The notes: generated from the letters alone by a model not told the origin. A stretch of 64,000 bases of DNA from Callorhinchus milii (GCF_018977255.1 NW_024704742.1:52392001-52456000), one strand, 5' to 3'. Positions 27,236-40,419 are shown, counted from the stretch's first letter. Translations and numbers: made by a program.

Positions 27236-29819
27236 TTATATAACTATAATGGAGGATACAACATTGGCAACAAAATGTTGCATTTATATAGCTCCCTTCA
27301 CGCAGGATAGAGTATTGAAATGTTGTACAGTGGTAGGATTGGAATCTGAGCAATAGTTGGAGGCGAGGGAGGTGATCATAGACACAATTGAAGAGGTAAG
27401 TCATAAAGTGGGATGTAAAGATAGATGAAGAGCGGGTGAGGCGAAATGATTGAGTATACACATATATATGGATATATTATATGGTTATCGTACCAATAGA
27501 GCTAAATGGCTTACTTCCTTGCTGTAATGTCTATGATTCTATGCAGTACTAAAATACAAATCAAACTGATGAATTATCCGTGAGAAAAGAAATGTTGATG
27601 ATACATATTTTGCAATGATGTTCCTGTTGTTTTAATCAAATTATCAGCAAAACAAACAGACATCTATAAATCACAAGGAAAAATGATTTCTCTTGAGAAT
27701 TACTATTTTTAACCAACGTTGATTAAAAACTTCCTCTAGTTTCCGTGTATTAGATCATTCCAGAGGAAGCTACTAACTTAAAAAGGAAGGTAAACTTTGA
27801 GCGAGAAATCAAGCAAATCAAGCAACAGTGGTATTTATATAAAAGTCTTAAACATTCACACGGATATCTAATTGAATGCCTAAATATTCCAATCTATGAA
27901 AAGTCTCCTGAGTTGACCATAATGATGTTATTGAATTAATTGATCCTGGAAATTCAGCTCTATAACTTCCTTTCACATGCAAGCTCTCTGTGAGGGAATG
28001 ATTCCAAAAAAAGCTAAGTCGCTGAAATGCACTTTTTATTCCTCAGTCTAAGATTTTAAAGGTGAAGCTAAATCCAATCTTAAATAAACAATTTACAGCA
28101 AGGGCTTTTTTTTGCAATATTATTTATCTGTTAACTATAGTGTGCTTCTTACTTAATCAAAAACATTGGTTACTCTTCTCTGTAAATTGCAGGATTGTAT
28201 TATAATTTCAAGGGTCCATTTCATGGTATTCAGATTGACAAAACTGTATGAAATATTGTAGTAAGCAAATTATTGTACTGCAAAAGGGTAAATATTAATT
28301 TTGAGTATTTAGCTGGGGAAGGACAGGATCTTGGGTGTAAAAATTCCACCCAGGTCTAGACTTACTCTAGAATTTTCTTAGTATTTCAACATGTGCAGAA
28401 GTTGGCAAATTCTTAAATACAGGATGAATTTTCATTTTGAAACTAGATTTTTCTAGTTTCTTTTAGGAATGACATAAAAGGATTCCAAATTAAACTAATA
28501 AATTCACTGTTATATTTCTTCTTGTTATATATTTCATAAAGCTAGTGTATTTTTGCCTATAAACCACTGAACTGCTTTATATTATTAACAATTTAAAGAT
28601 TAAGACTGTATCTGAATCATGGCTCTGTCAATTGTTAATTAGAATTTGATACACTTTTTAAAGAAATAAATGTAACTCAATATTTATTATAATAATGATA
28701 TTCCTTATAATATTATTATTATTATTAGTCTAGTGGTCTTCTCGTAGGGAGGATATTCCAAAACAGTTCACAGGATATACACTAAAGTGGCAGTGACAAT
28801 TTTGTGAGTGAACGCCCATATTTTGTATGTGCATAAAATAAATCGTTATAGGAAATTGACTCACCTTTTGAAAAAATATATAGGTCTAGATCTATTCTGT
28901 TGATATAGCATTTCAGAGCTTCTCGAATTTGTTATTAACTTGAATATATCCTTCATCTTGAATTCAATTTAATGTAACTTAAGAACTACCAAAACAAAGA
29001 TATCAAAGTTAGGAATGAATCCAATAATTTGCAATTTTGCATGCTCTAAAGCACTAAGAAAATATTTGATATTTAAACCTAGTTTTAATTTCTCTCTAAC
29101 TAACAGTCCATAAATGCATTCATTAAGTTACTCTAAAAGCAGAACTGTGCTGATGTTGCAGCTGTTCTGAAGAGTGGAGACTGACTTGAACAAGAAGCAC
29201 AATCTGTAAACTTTATGCAGACTGGCTTGATAATGTATCTTTGGCTAAATGTGACAGGATAATAGTTCATAGTGCACAATATCTTATCTGAAACATTTTG
29301 CAATGAAATGGCTCTTAAGCTGCAGCACTGGAACAATAGTGTTATTGTGACACTGAAGCAGCCTTTATGCTAAAATTGTACTTAACTGCAATAGATAAGA
29401 CATGGCTGCCACAGTCAAAACAGGAGAATCCTTTTTAATTGAGAAAATAAGTGGACTCCGTATTTGATACATAAGTTTTCCATTACTGTCATCCTCTGCT
29501 GCCTCATCTTATCCAGTCACGGATGTTCCTCAGCCAGTCAGGAGCCATTTCACACTGGTACTAATCTCTGATCAGGAAAGGAGCCACTTATAACTGTAGC
29601 ACAGACTCCGGCACAGGAAAGCTTAGTCAACTGTAAAGGAAATACTCTAAAATTCATCAAATTCTCTATTACATTGAAAGAATGAGCTTTGTAAGTTAAG
29701 GACCAAAAAGGATACTGCCAATGAAAGATAAGGTAGTAAATGTAAAACCATTGAAAGGAATCAGACATTTTGCCTTGATCACATGTACAGTTCAAGTACA
29801 TTTCTAAAATTCAACCAAA

Positions 29820-30280
29820 GAAAGTGAGGTCTTATCCGCATTTTCAAGGTTATCTTGATTTAGTGTGAAACTTGGTATAGCACCTCCAATAATACAGTGC
29901 TTCACTGGAGTGTCTGCCAGAATTTGAGCTAAAATTTCCAATGTGGAGCCCAGATCCACAATGATAATAACAATCGTTATGTTTGACATAGTACCTTTCA
30001 CGTTTGGGAGGATGTCTCAAAGCATGTCACAGGATAAACTGTGCAGTGTAGTGACTCTATTTTGTAGGTGAATGCAGCAATCTTCTACAAGCAGCCATAA
30101 AATGGGGAAGTAATTTTAAGGATTTGTGGGCCAAAACACTGAGAAAAACTCCCTTCTTTTTGAATACTGCCATAGGATCTTTAACATCCACATGAACAGA
30201 CAAATGGCACACAGGACTTTGGTTTAATTTCTAATTTTAAAGACAGTACCTCCAACAATGCAAGCCCCTCACTGCCCCAC
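29820..30280 (-). mobile_element. Degenerate Deu-domain SINE(s)
   Basis: ggatctttaacatccacatgaacagac...ggtttaatttc...gacagtacctccaacaatgca, plus tail. Confidence 0.65.
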
Positions 30281-31386
30281 ACTCGCGTGTGTTTGAACAC
30301 AGTTAGTTCAAGGGCTATTAACCCAACCTGCATTTTAAAGCCAATATATAAAATGGCATTGAATATGAGCAACATGATCAACATTAGAGATTGTTAAAAT
30401 ATTTTTTCTTTATTTATTCCTTGATTTGTGAAATAATATTTTATAAGGTAACCTTCCCTATATATTTTTTCCTACTCTAAACCTGTAAATGATCTACACA
30501 TTTCCATAGATGTTCGTCTGCTAGAAAGTGATTGTTTTAAATGTTCATATTTACATCCAGTGATATTGTACTTCTGTTTTGGTGCTTTCTATATTTTAGC
30601 CTTGATATACTTTGATTTACAGAACCTTGAGGAAGAAAGCAATCTATTTGCAAACAGAATGGAAAGTACTGATGTAATCACAAAATTCCACAAATTACAG
30701 GAAAGATACCAAAGGGAAATAAAAATGTAGTGCAAGGTATAATTTGCACTAACAGCAGCATGGTCTTTTCAAATCCCATTAGTTGCTTTTATCTTAAGTG
30801 CTCAGATTCTTATCAAAGGCCCATGGTAAATTCTGGTGGTGCCCACATTGACTGAGAGCAATCTCCAGGGACTTAATCAATGTCAAAAGTGTCCAGGCTG
30901 CAGGGCTAACATTATTTACTGATAGAACAATGTTCGGAAAGTGTTACCCAAACACACTGCAGATATCAGCTGTAGAAGTCAATATGTATTTGGTTGGTAT
31001 ACATTGAGTATCAAAAACAAATGCAACCCCAAGTCTCCTCTTCAGTTAAAAAGTCAGGTTGAATGAATATAATCAGATATACTCTACTTTTTTATGTTAC
31101 TCCAAAGGATGTTGTAGAAATGCAATTTTAGACCCAAAAAGTTTAGTCAAATCTGGATTATAATCTTTCACGGCTTTATGGAAATCTGAAATAAATGTAA
31201 TGCCATTCTAAGGGAGGAACATAAAATGCACTGAAACCAGCAAAGAATGCATGCTAGACCCTAAATTGAATTACTTGTCCATGTGAACTTTGTCAATTCC
31301 CTTTAATAATTGTTAAAACCTCAATTAGGTCACCTCATCGTATCCAATTTCTGCAAGGAAATAGATCCACCTTCCTTAATCTTTAC

Positions 31387-32238
31387 TACAACAGCAATAA
31401 AATTACATTTCTATAGCGCCTTTCATGTCGGGAGGACGTCTCAAGTCACTGGACAGACAGAGTTACGGACCCAAGCTGAAGATTGGAGTGGGGGAGGGTG
31501 GAGGGTAGGGGGGTTAGCAGGGAGATCGAAAGCACGGTCGAAGGGTCTTGAAGTGGAGCTTGAAGGTGGCGAGGGAGGGGGCGAGACAGAGGGACTACAG
31601 GATGGAGTTCCAGAGGGTGGGTGCAGAGTGGCGGAAGGGCCGCCCGCCGATAGTGGGGTGAGCAAGGCGGGGAACGTGAAGTAGGCTGGAGCCCGCTGAG
31701 CGCTGGTTAGGAGGTCGGAAAGGTAGGGAGGAAGCAAGATCATGGAGGGCTTTGAAGGTTTGGACCAGGATGTTGAACTGTATCCTCTGTGTGATGGAAA
31801 GCCAGTGGAGTTGGGCAAAGATGGGGGTGATAGGGTCATGGAGCCTGGTGTGGGGGAGGACACGGGCTGCAGAGCTGGATTATCTGAGGCCTATGGAGGG
31901 AGGCCGACAAGCAATGAGTTTGCATAGTTCAGCCTGGATGTAATGAAGGCGTGTATGAGAGTTTCGGCGGCCTGCGGTGTGAGACAGTGGTGGAGCCGGG
32001 CGACGTTGCGGAGGTGGGGAAAGGCAGAGAGGGTCACGGCGTAGATGTGGGGTGGAAAGAATAGTTGAGGGTCAAACAAGACCCCAAGGTTCCGGACTGG
32101 CTCAGTGAGGAGTGTGTAACCATGGATGGTGATCCTGTCAGAGCCTGAGGTGAGGAGGCACTGACGGGAGACAATCAGGAGAGCCTCGGTCTTGTTGACA
32201 TTCAACTGAAGAAAATTAGCTCTCATCCAGGACTTGAA
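31387..32238 (-). mobile_element. L2-clade LINE 3' fragment
   Basis: ORF 31891-32226: MRANFLQLNVNKTEALL...VRNLGV...SRLNYANSLL; tail at the left end. Confidence 0.92.
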
Positions 32239-32636
32239 GCAAACTTTTCATATCAGGGATTACTGGTTACTTAGGTCTGTACCCTGTCCAATGCAGGAAT
32301 AGTCTTTCTATGCTAAGGTTATCAGAACTGGCATGAAACAACAAAGTATAATTTATTTTGATTGATTTATTTTCTAATACTACCTATTACTTCAACTGAT
32401 TTTTTACTGTGATACTTTACAGTGATACGTTTGCAATTATTGTAAATCATGTTATTATACTGTTACTTATGATTCATAATATTCTGAGTAATTATATTAT
32501 GGCAGATTTTTTAATAGCTCACATCTTAATGGCATCCTGACAAAGGCTACATCATGCTGTGATAGTACTGGGGTCTAAATATGCAGTGATGTCCAATAGG
32601 AAATGATAATAATACCCTTGCATTTGGTAAGTGTAT

Positions 32637-33141
32637 AGAAACCCAAGTACAATTCATCATTGCTGAAATCTAATACAGTTTTAACAGAATTCTACTTTCA
32701 GGAGCTTGCTTCAAAGCTGTAAAGTGCAGTGACTGTATATTTTCCAAGTTTTCCGGCTCAGACATGATGAGCTGAATGGCCTCCTGCTGTGCTATATAAT
32801 TCTATGATTCTATGAATGTGACATTGTTTTGTTTTCCTTATGAAGGAATTCCATTAGAAAATATTACATATTAGATCCTTGTGTTTAATTTTCTTTTCAA
32901 ATGGCCAGTAATAAACCATGGTACAAGCTTTGAATACTGGGATATTTTTAAGTTGATTCTGCATTAATATTACTTTATTTTCAATAGTAGAGCTAAACTA
33001 TCTGGTTGACCACTGTCCTGCCATTTGGTGAGTAAAGTTGGCTGACGTTGGTAATCTATTGTTTGCTGGTAAATATGCAGAAACCCATGTACAATTCGTC
33101 ATTGCTGAAACTTAATACAGTTTTAACAGAATTCTATTTTC
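32637..33141 (+). repeat. ~63-bp dispersed direct repeat (32637-32699 and 33079-33141)
   Basis: agaaaccca.gtacaattc.tcattgctgaaa..taatacagttttaacagaattcta.tttc occurs twice. Confidence 0.88.
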
Positions 33142-33876
33142 CATGCATATGAACTTTCAGCATGTAATGATTTATTGGTTAACGTCTCCTATTCCACTTG
33201 GCAGCTGGCCATAGGATTCCTCCTAATGTGCAGATAATGCCAGCAACATCTGAAGGAATAATTACTTGATGTCTAATTGACCTTTTCATATGAAGCCATT
33301 TAGGTTGCAGGCAATACTGTAAAACAGGGCTTGTTCTTTTCCGTTAATGCAGATTTTCTACTCTGTCCTTCGAGTCTTAATTCTACATGTACTGGTAAAG
33401 GAAAATTGTATCATATCTATTTACACAAATGCTGAATCAATGAATTGGGTTATTTTGTTCAGAATTGCATCCACGGCGGTTTGTGGGACACCGCTGTGCA
33501 CATTTGGCTGCCGCGTTTCGCCCATAAAATATACAGTCAATTCACTTTACAGTATATTCTGTGAAGCGCTTTGAGATAGCGAGATGTGATAAATTGCTAT
33601 CTCAAATGCAAGGATTATTAGATTATTATCCCAATAATTCCCACACTGATAGAGCTTATTGAAGTCATACTGATACAAAACATTATTTGGGACCAGGAAC
33701 TATGTATCTAGAGTAATGTCTTCCTTCACTTGACTGGAAAGCAACGAGTTAAATTATAATTTAATTTAAATGTAAATTCCACACTCCTGACCCTAGCCCC
33801 CAGCTCAGGTGGAAATCCTTGACTGTCCAGTGCCTTAGGATATCCTCCCGCCGTGAAAGGCGCTACACAAATGTAA

Positions 33877-34121
33877 ACAAAACGCAAAATACTACAGATG
33901 CTGGAAATCGGAAACAAAAACAGAAGTCGCTGGGAACACTCAGCAGGTCAGGCAGCATCTATGGAGAAAGGAAAGTGAGTCAACCTTTCGGGTCCACGAT
34001 CCTCCGTCAGAATTGTTCTGACTGTTCTGATGAAGGGTCATGGATCCAAAACGTTGACTCACTTTTCTTTTACCATAGATGCTGCCTGACCTGCTGAGTG
34101 TTCCCAGCGACTTCTGTTTTT
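33877..34121. mobile_element. Penelope-like element terminal hairpin (inverted repeat) nested in an L2 tail
   Basis: Arms 33915-34012 and 34025-34122 contain GATGCTGCCTGACCTGCTGAG, which I recognise from shark Penelope-type repeats; 15-bp TSD GCTAYACAAATGTAA. Confidence 0.75.
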
Positions 34122-35094
34122 GCTATACAAATGTAATTTGTTGTTGTGTCTGCACCTTACAAATGTAAAATGTATGCTACTGTACTACGAGCCCTTAGCG
34201 GTGAGATATGTGCCGGTTTTCATTTTCTGTGCATGATGCTTGCTATTTCCTTTCTTGTAACAGTGGAAACATTAGTGAAAGGATGAAAGTAAACTACATC
34301 CTCAGGCATCAGAGGGGCCAGCTCTGTACTTGCAGCTGATGTGTTGTCATTAGTGACTAGGTGACAGAGCCTACAATCAGCACAGACTCCACAGTCACTG
34401 TGAAAGTTATAAATGTAAATGTTGGTTGCCTATAGGATTTTTGACCAATAACATCTAATGATCCAGAATACAACTAACATCTCTACATTTATTTTGATTC
34501 AAATCTCTTCAAGCAAAATGCATGGGAGACATGGAGACACCCGGCATAACCCTAACCCAACTTTGGATAATTAATATTATTGCTTCAATTTCAGGCTGCC
34601 TTTGATCATCTAAAGATGATCTCAATAGAAACCATATTACAATCCTACATAGTACAGCTTGTTTGGGATTCCGAAATTAATCCCAAACATGCTGAATAGT
34701 TGTATGGACTAAATCAATGCATATTTGGGGAAATGACTAGAAATTCCTGTAGGACCATCTAAAATGTCAATTCTTAAGACACAAAATGGACTCCTCCATC
34801 ACTTATTGTCTTGCTATTTTAGGCTTGAATGTTAGATCATTATCTTAGAATTTAAGATTGTGCAGAATTTGAGAATTCTTAATTCAAAGCCAGTTTCCTG
34901 CAAATATTTTTCAGAACTGTGGAAAAGGTTTCAAAATTAAGATTTAAGAATTTTGCACAATGCTGAAGAATCTTACATTTTTAGACAAAGTTCAAGGCTA
35001 AGACTAGGAGGCACTTTGGACCTCTGGTCTGTGTGCGAATGTTTACATCTTTCATACAAAACTAAAACCAAAAGAGAGAATTATAACCTGAGAA

Positions 35095-37626
35095 TTGTTC
35101 AATGCTTGGAAAAAGTTTATTAAACAAAAAGCTACAGAAATTACCCTTTATTTCCAAGAACTTTAAGCAAAACATATATAAACAAACTTTTTACATTCAA
35201 TACTCAATTCATTTTAGAGATTTGAAATTTGATTGATTTCAGAGCATTAAACCATCTTTTATGTTGAGTTATAAACAAAACCAAATAAAACAGGTTGTCA
35301 AGTGTAGAATAGTGACACAGGCACAGTGCATGAAATGACCTTCTGTGCTGAACATATATATGCTTTTACGCTTTAAATGCACTGCTAGCATATTGTGTCA
35401 TTAAGCTTAATACATAACCATATGTAATTGGGGACATGACAGAACCTTTTCTTAAGAACTACTGAAAAAATTAGAATTCTGTCAGCAATAACCATATAGG
35501 CTTATGCAGTGAACTGAAGCAAAATATATTTTCTTACCCCTGTGCTTTGTTCTTCTGATGGTATCAATTGTTAGTGGTCAGCCTTTAAACGTTGAGGTAA
35601 ACGTGTGCTTGCTGTTTAACAATATCAAATAGAACTGAGATGGGCAAAGGTTGTTGATCAGTAAAGTACACCCAATGCTTGGGTCAGTTCATTGGGATAC
35701 TCCAGCAGAAATTCAATTGTCTCATTTATTAAATTGTCACAATTATACCACAACAATAACTTGCACTTGTGTAGTGCCTTTCTGCCAGAATGAATGCCTT
35801 GAAATACTTGACAGACATAATGTAGAGCACCGATTGATAAAAAGATATTTAAAAATGGTGATCACAGTCAATGAGATTTGATTTTAAGCAGATTTTGAAG
35901 GAAGAAGGAATATCCCCATTAGAATAAATTGCTTATGATTAGGTAACAGGTGGGTCGGAAATTTTAGGGGATGTGCGTTTTCCATTACTCATACAGACAA
36001 TACAGACAATTTATTATAAGGCTCCATGAAAATTCCAAGTGTTACATTAGGTGGTTGAGAAATGTCAGTACTTTCAGATCAATAATGGACAGAAGACCCA
36101 TACAAGAAATAGAGTCTTAATACATTTCCTCCATTACATCAGCCAACATAAGGGCATTAACAACCTTCAGAAGAAGCTGACTATTTTCTGTTCCGGGGTT
36201 GTCAGAAGAAAATGTAGAGATGATGAAATCACAATTTGTTTGGTCTTCTATGGGTAGAAAGGCCTGTCCAGCAAGCATGTTTCCTATAATAACTCAACAA
36301 ACAAACAAACAATCTCTCTCTATTATAAAACATTGACTATATCTTCTACAACATTACATTGACAAATGGGATGCAAATACAGTATAAGAAAAATTACAAA
36401 AATAGTTTGTATATATACACAACTGCTGAACTGTAATACTGCATTTCCTTTCAAATGATTCATAATTGGAAGAAAAATAGATGGAGAACAGGAAAAATAA
36501 CCCAAATAGCTGCCAGATAACTCTCTATAAAGTAACTTTATAATAAAGAATCTTTAATTTATGAAATACATTTGAGCACTTTGGGCCCTGTTTCATGGAG
36601 ACTGTGCAAATCATAGTGAAGGCTCCAACTGTTCACATTCAAAATAGTAAAGAGGTGTATTGTGATGAATATATTATACTACATAAACCAATACTTCCAT
36701 TTAGATGCTGAGATTTGATTGTCACTCAATATAATAAGTCTAGGCACAACCAGACAAATCCTTAGTAGTTTTCCTATCAATCTAACAATTTCTATTACTA
36801 CCGTTTCCATTTGAAATATGATTGAGAAGAGTGTGTATTGTACACAGCATGTTCATTTAATGAAAACCTCACTATCTGTGTTGAATATATTACATGTATT
36901 TGTGTATCTGCAGGCATTCCACATTCAGATGCTATAAATAGGTTCCAAGCTACATTTCCTCACTCACTCTGTCGCTCGCTCTCTCCGCATTCAATGAATT
37001 GTTTAGCTGGAGAGCTGTCAGTCTAACAGGTATAAAATATGGAATTTATACATTCAGAATCCAGTTTCATAATCTATTAGAAACCTAGCCCTGACTAACA
37101 GGCAGCTAACTTGGAGTGCTTTGTTCAATAGAAGCATATCTTCGGCCCAGAACCTCTTAACAGTTTAGCAGCAATCTGCTTTAATATTGCGTTATGAAAT
37201 AACAATAGAAAGATGCTGGGCACCAACATAAAGTCAATGTTTGTCACGTTTGCAGAGATACCCTTGCTTCTTCATTGCATGCCACATAAACGAGTCTGTG
37301 TATTCGTTAACCAAGGTTTCTGGTTTCTGAATTTACAGGAGTAGAGCAGGCTGGAGTTCATCCAAGTACTTCACCAGATGACTTGTTCATCAGTAAACTG
37401 CAAAGCTGAACACTAGAGATAAATTATATTGGCTGGAAGTTATTCCACTGCCCCTATATGTTGCATAAATACACCTAGTGTTGATATTAATAGTAGTACT
37501 ATCAGTTGTAACATCCAAAGTTCATAAATTGACAATATTTTAGATAACATATGCAGGAATGTTACAAAGTTAAGGCTTAGGTGAATTTACTAGAAGACGA
37601 TATCCTTTGACTTTGGCATGGAATTC
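35095..37626 (-). other. KDR: Probable KDR 3'UTR (~2.5 kb, AT-rich, no obvious repeat)
   Basis: Follows the stop codon. Minus-strand AATAAA at 36010-36015, 35147-35152 and 35116-35121; a U/GU-rich tract (rc of 35053-35072) lies downstream of the last. Confidence 0.5.
35116..35152 (-). terminator. Tandem polyadenylation hexamers (candidate KDR poly(A) site)
   Basis: Two AATAAA on the minus strand, followed by TTTGGTTTTAGTTTTGT. Confidence 0.45.
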
Positions 37627-37846
37627 TTAAACAGGTGGGGCACTGTATCGAACCACAGGGCTGTAATCCACTGTTAAAGTACAGTAAGACTCCTTTGCCG
37701 TTTCTGCTTCTTGTCGCACTTGTGCTTCTTCATTGGTGTAAACGGTTGTGTCAGTGTCATCCGAATGGTATCCTGACTGATAGCCACTTGTCTGGTTGGA
37801 GACTTCAGACGTCACAGATTCTTTACTTTTGCTGGGAATTAACGCA
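37627..37846 (-). CDS. KDR: KDR last coding exon (exon 30-equivalent) with TAA stop
   Basis: [41 protein letters not shown]...[34 protein letters not shown] matches human KDR; ends in PPV. Confidence 0.96.
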
Positions 37847-37917
37847 CTGCCGATAAGACAAAAAGTTAGTTGTAATTTGTGATGTATTTTTAATATATAA
37901 ATATCAAACTATTACTA

Positions 37918-38200
37918 CAGGGGAATGAGCTATGAACAACGACTAGACAACCTAGGACTTATAAGTCTTGAAAGATGACTCAGAGGGAAACTTATAGAGA
38001 TATAACATTTTAAATGGGATTTAAAAAAAACAATAAGATGCACCTGGATAATAGAATAAGAGGACACACATTTAGGGTTGTAAACAGCTGTTTCAGGGTA
38101 GACACTAGGAAGTTTTTCTCTACCCAGAGGATAATTAATGACTGGAACAGGTTGTCAGGATGGCTGGTGCAGGCCAGGACACTGGACTAATAAAGCAGTT
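37918..38200 (+). mobile_element. CR1-type LINE 3' fragment in KDR intron 29
   Basis: Degenerate GMSYEQRLDNLGL.SLE...RGH...RKFF.QR.INDWN.L, typical of the CR1 ORF2 C-terminus. Confidence 0.8.
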
Positions 38201-38409
38201 TGATTCACATATTCCGCCTTGTGGGGCCCACACTCAGAGATCCTTAGCTAGTTTTCCAGTACAGTCATTGTGACCAGGTCTTCTGAGGATGACTTGACCA
38301 CTGCTGGCAAGTATAGCAAGTGTGTTCCCCTCACAGAGGAGGAACCTCCCTCCCCCCTCTCCCATGGGTTATGTCCTCATGCACACTGCAGAATTGTGAA
38401 GAGGCTTAC

Positions 38410-38495
38410 CTAAAGGCCACAGCCTGGCTCTGTCTAACTTTTAATGTTTGAAGTTCTTCTGATGCCAGAATCATGCCACTGTCTGTCTGATTATC
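38410..38495 (-). CDS. KDR: KDR exon 29-equivalent
   Basis: 86 bp; DNQTDSGMILASEELQTLKVRQSQAVAF, cf. human DNQTDSGMVLASEELKTL. Confidence 0.95.
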
Positions 38496-38624
38496 CTGAT
38501 CAGGGAAAAGTATTCAGTGAAAACAAGCATTGCACTTTTTTAAGTTCATTGTTAGCCACAGATAAGACTCCAATTGTACAACTCCTCCAAAAATTGATTC
38601 ATCATTTTATACAACTATATGTAC

Positions 38625-38718
38625 CTCTTGCACAATGACAGTTGTTTGCTGTACAGGCACCTCATCAAAAGTTTTCACGCTTTCAGGCCGGCTTCGCTTT
38701 TTACTCCCATTAAGATAT
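38625..38718 (-). CDS. KDR: KDR exon 28-equivalent
   Basis: 94 bp; RYLNGSKKRSRPESVKTFDEVPVQQTTVIVQE. Confidence 0.94.
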
Positions 38719-40071
38719 CTAGAAACAAATAAAGCAGGCAGTGTTAGATGGTGCTAATAGTTATATACACTTTACACTGATATAGTGCCTTTCACACTGC
38801 GAGGATGTCTCAAAGCGCTTCATACTGCTGGCTGAGCTGGGCGGTGGAAAAATAGCTGAAAGCATGGTCAAAGGGATATGCTTTGAAAATAAAGATGTGC
38901 TCTGAAACTTTGGTGTCTAATTTGCATTATTCCTTTAGAATTCCCATTGAACCTATTGGTACTTTGCTCCAGAAGTAACTCTCTTTGTAGTAGAGTTCCT
39001 GTAGGTTTGTGTAATATATTTCTATCTATCAGAAAGAGCTCACATTTCCTTATTAAGGAATCTTGTGCAGAAACCCCATTAAAAAGGCGATTCTGCAACG
39101 AGTGTAATTTTTAAGACAATACATCACCCAATGCTGGATATAATTTCCACCCTCCTATTTTCATATCTCACCTTCTCTTTGAAGTCACTGTCTTGTGTTC
39201 AGATAAAGTGGTACATTTGTGATATCCTCTAACATTGTTCAGATGGCATTGTTATTTAAGGCAAAAATATATTAAGGAATATTCACAAATTTATTCCTCT
39301 GTTTATGCTGCTTATGTGCAGTTAAACTGTCAATCTCTATTTTTTTTATATACATTTGGCTGCTGGAAGGTGGATTTATGAGCATTTGTGTAGATCAGAG
39401 ACTGAGAGCAGCGTGCTCATTACAGAGCTATAGCAGCACACTACACTGAAACTAATTAGATAAGGAACAAATTTGCAATACTCCTTGAGATGTTCCTTGT
39501 CTTAATTAGCCTAAAGAACATACCAACCTTTACTCCTTAGTTTCATGCTGGAAGCGTTCCAGTATTTAATTCAAGTGGCCATTTGTCATATGGATATTGA
39601 GTCAGCAGGCTGCTCGACTGAGGGGTGCATCACAGTCTGTTCTCATCTAATGTTCACATGGATATTTCTGTACAGTGGCTAGTGGAAACCTGGGCTAATT
39701 TTCTCCTATGTAACCAGGTATTATATAATTCCATTTATACGAGTTATAATATTAGAATCCTTCCATTTCATAACTTTAACATCAAAACATCTCAAAGTGC
39801 TTCACAGGTAACTGCTGGCAAATTTTTAGGACTGTATAATTGGAGGCAAACACAGTGACCAATTTGCGCAAAGCAGGGCCCACAAGCAGCCAGGAAGTGA
39901 ATGACCAATTTATCTGTGGATTGTTTTATGTTCCACTTCCACAGCTCAAATCCTTTGATCTGACCTATAAGGCAACTAAAATGGCTCAGCCATTTCCTCT
40001 TATTTTCCTTCAGCTCGCAGACACATATAAAACTGTCTTGAGGACTGGTCGGATGTCCATCAGATCATTAC

Positions 40072-40217
40072 CGTATTCCTGCTGCGTTGTCATAATAGAA
40101 TTTCAGTTCACACCCTTCCTCTTCCTCAACACAGGAAACAGGTGACGTTGGCAGAGAAAGCCCGGAATCATCTTCCAGAGTTAGTGACATGTTAAGCGGA
40201 ATATAGTCTTTGCCATC
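40072..40217 (-). CDS. KDR: KDR exon 27-equivalent (Y1175 and Y1214 sites)
   Basis: 146 bp; [48 protein letters not shown]; the [13 protein letters not shown] block is typical of KDR rather than FLT1/FLT4/kdrl. Confidence 0.96.
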
Positions 40218-40419
40218 CTAAAAGCACAGAAAATAGACAGACATGCTTGTTATATATACTCCTTGTGGAGGAAAAGGCCAGACTTCCAGACAGGAGTTTT
40301 CCTCTGTTCCAGGCATCACAATATTTCTGTTTGTCTCGTTAGCTACACTACTTTAGCAATGTTTGAAAAGGTTCAGGTTTTTGTGGATCAAAATTGAAAT
40401 AAAACAATAAAAAAAAGAG

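Noticed and set aside
1..35000. KIT 3' exons expected from vertebrate synteny
   Set aside because: No kinase-like or KIT C-tail exon seen on either strand; KIT, if adjacent, lies outside the window.
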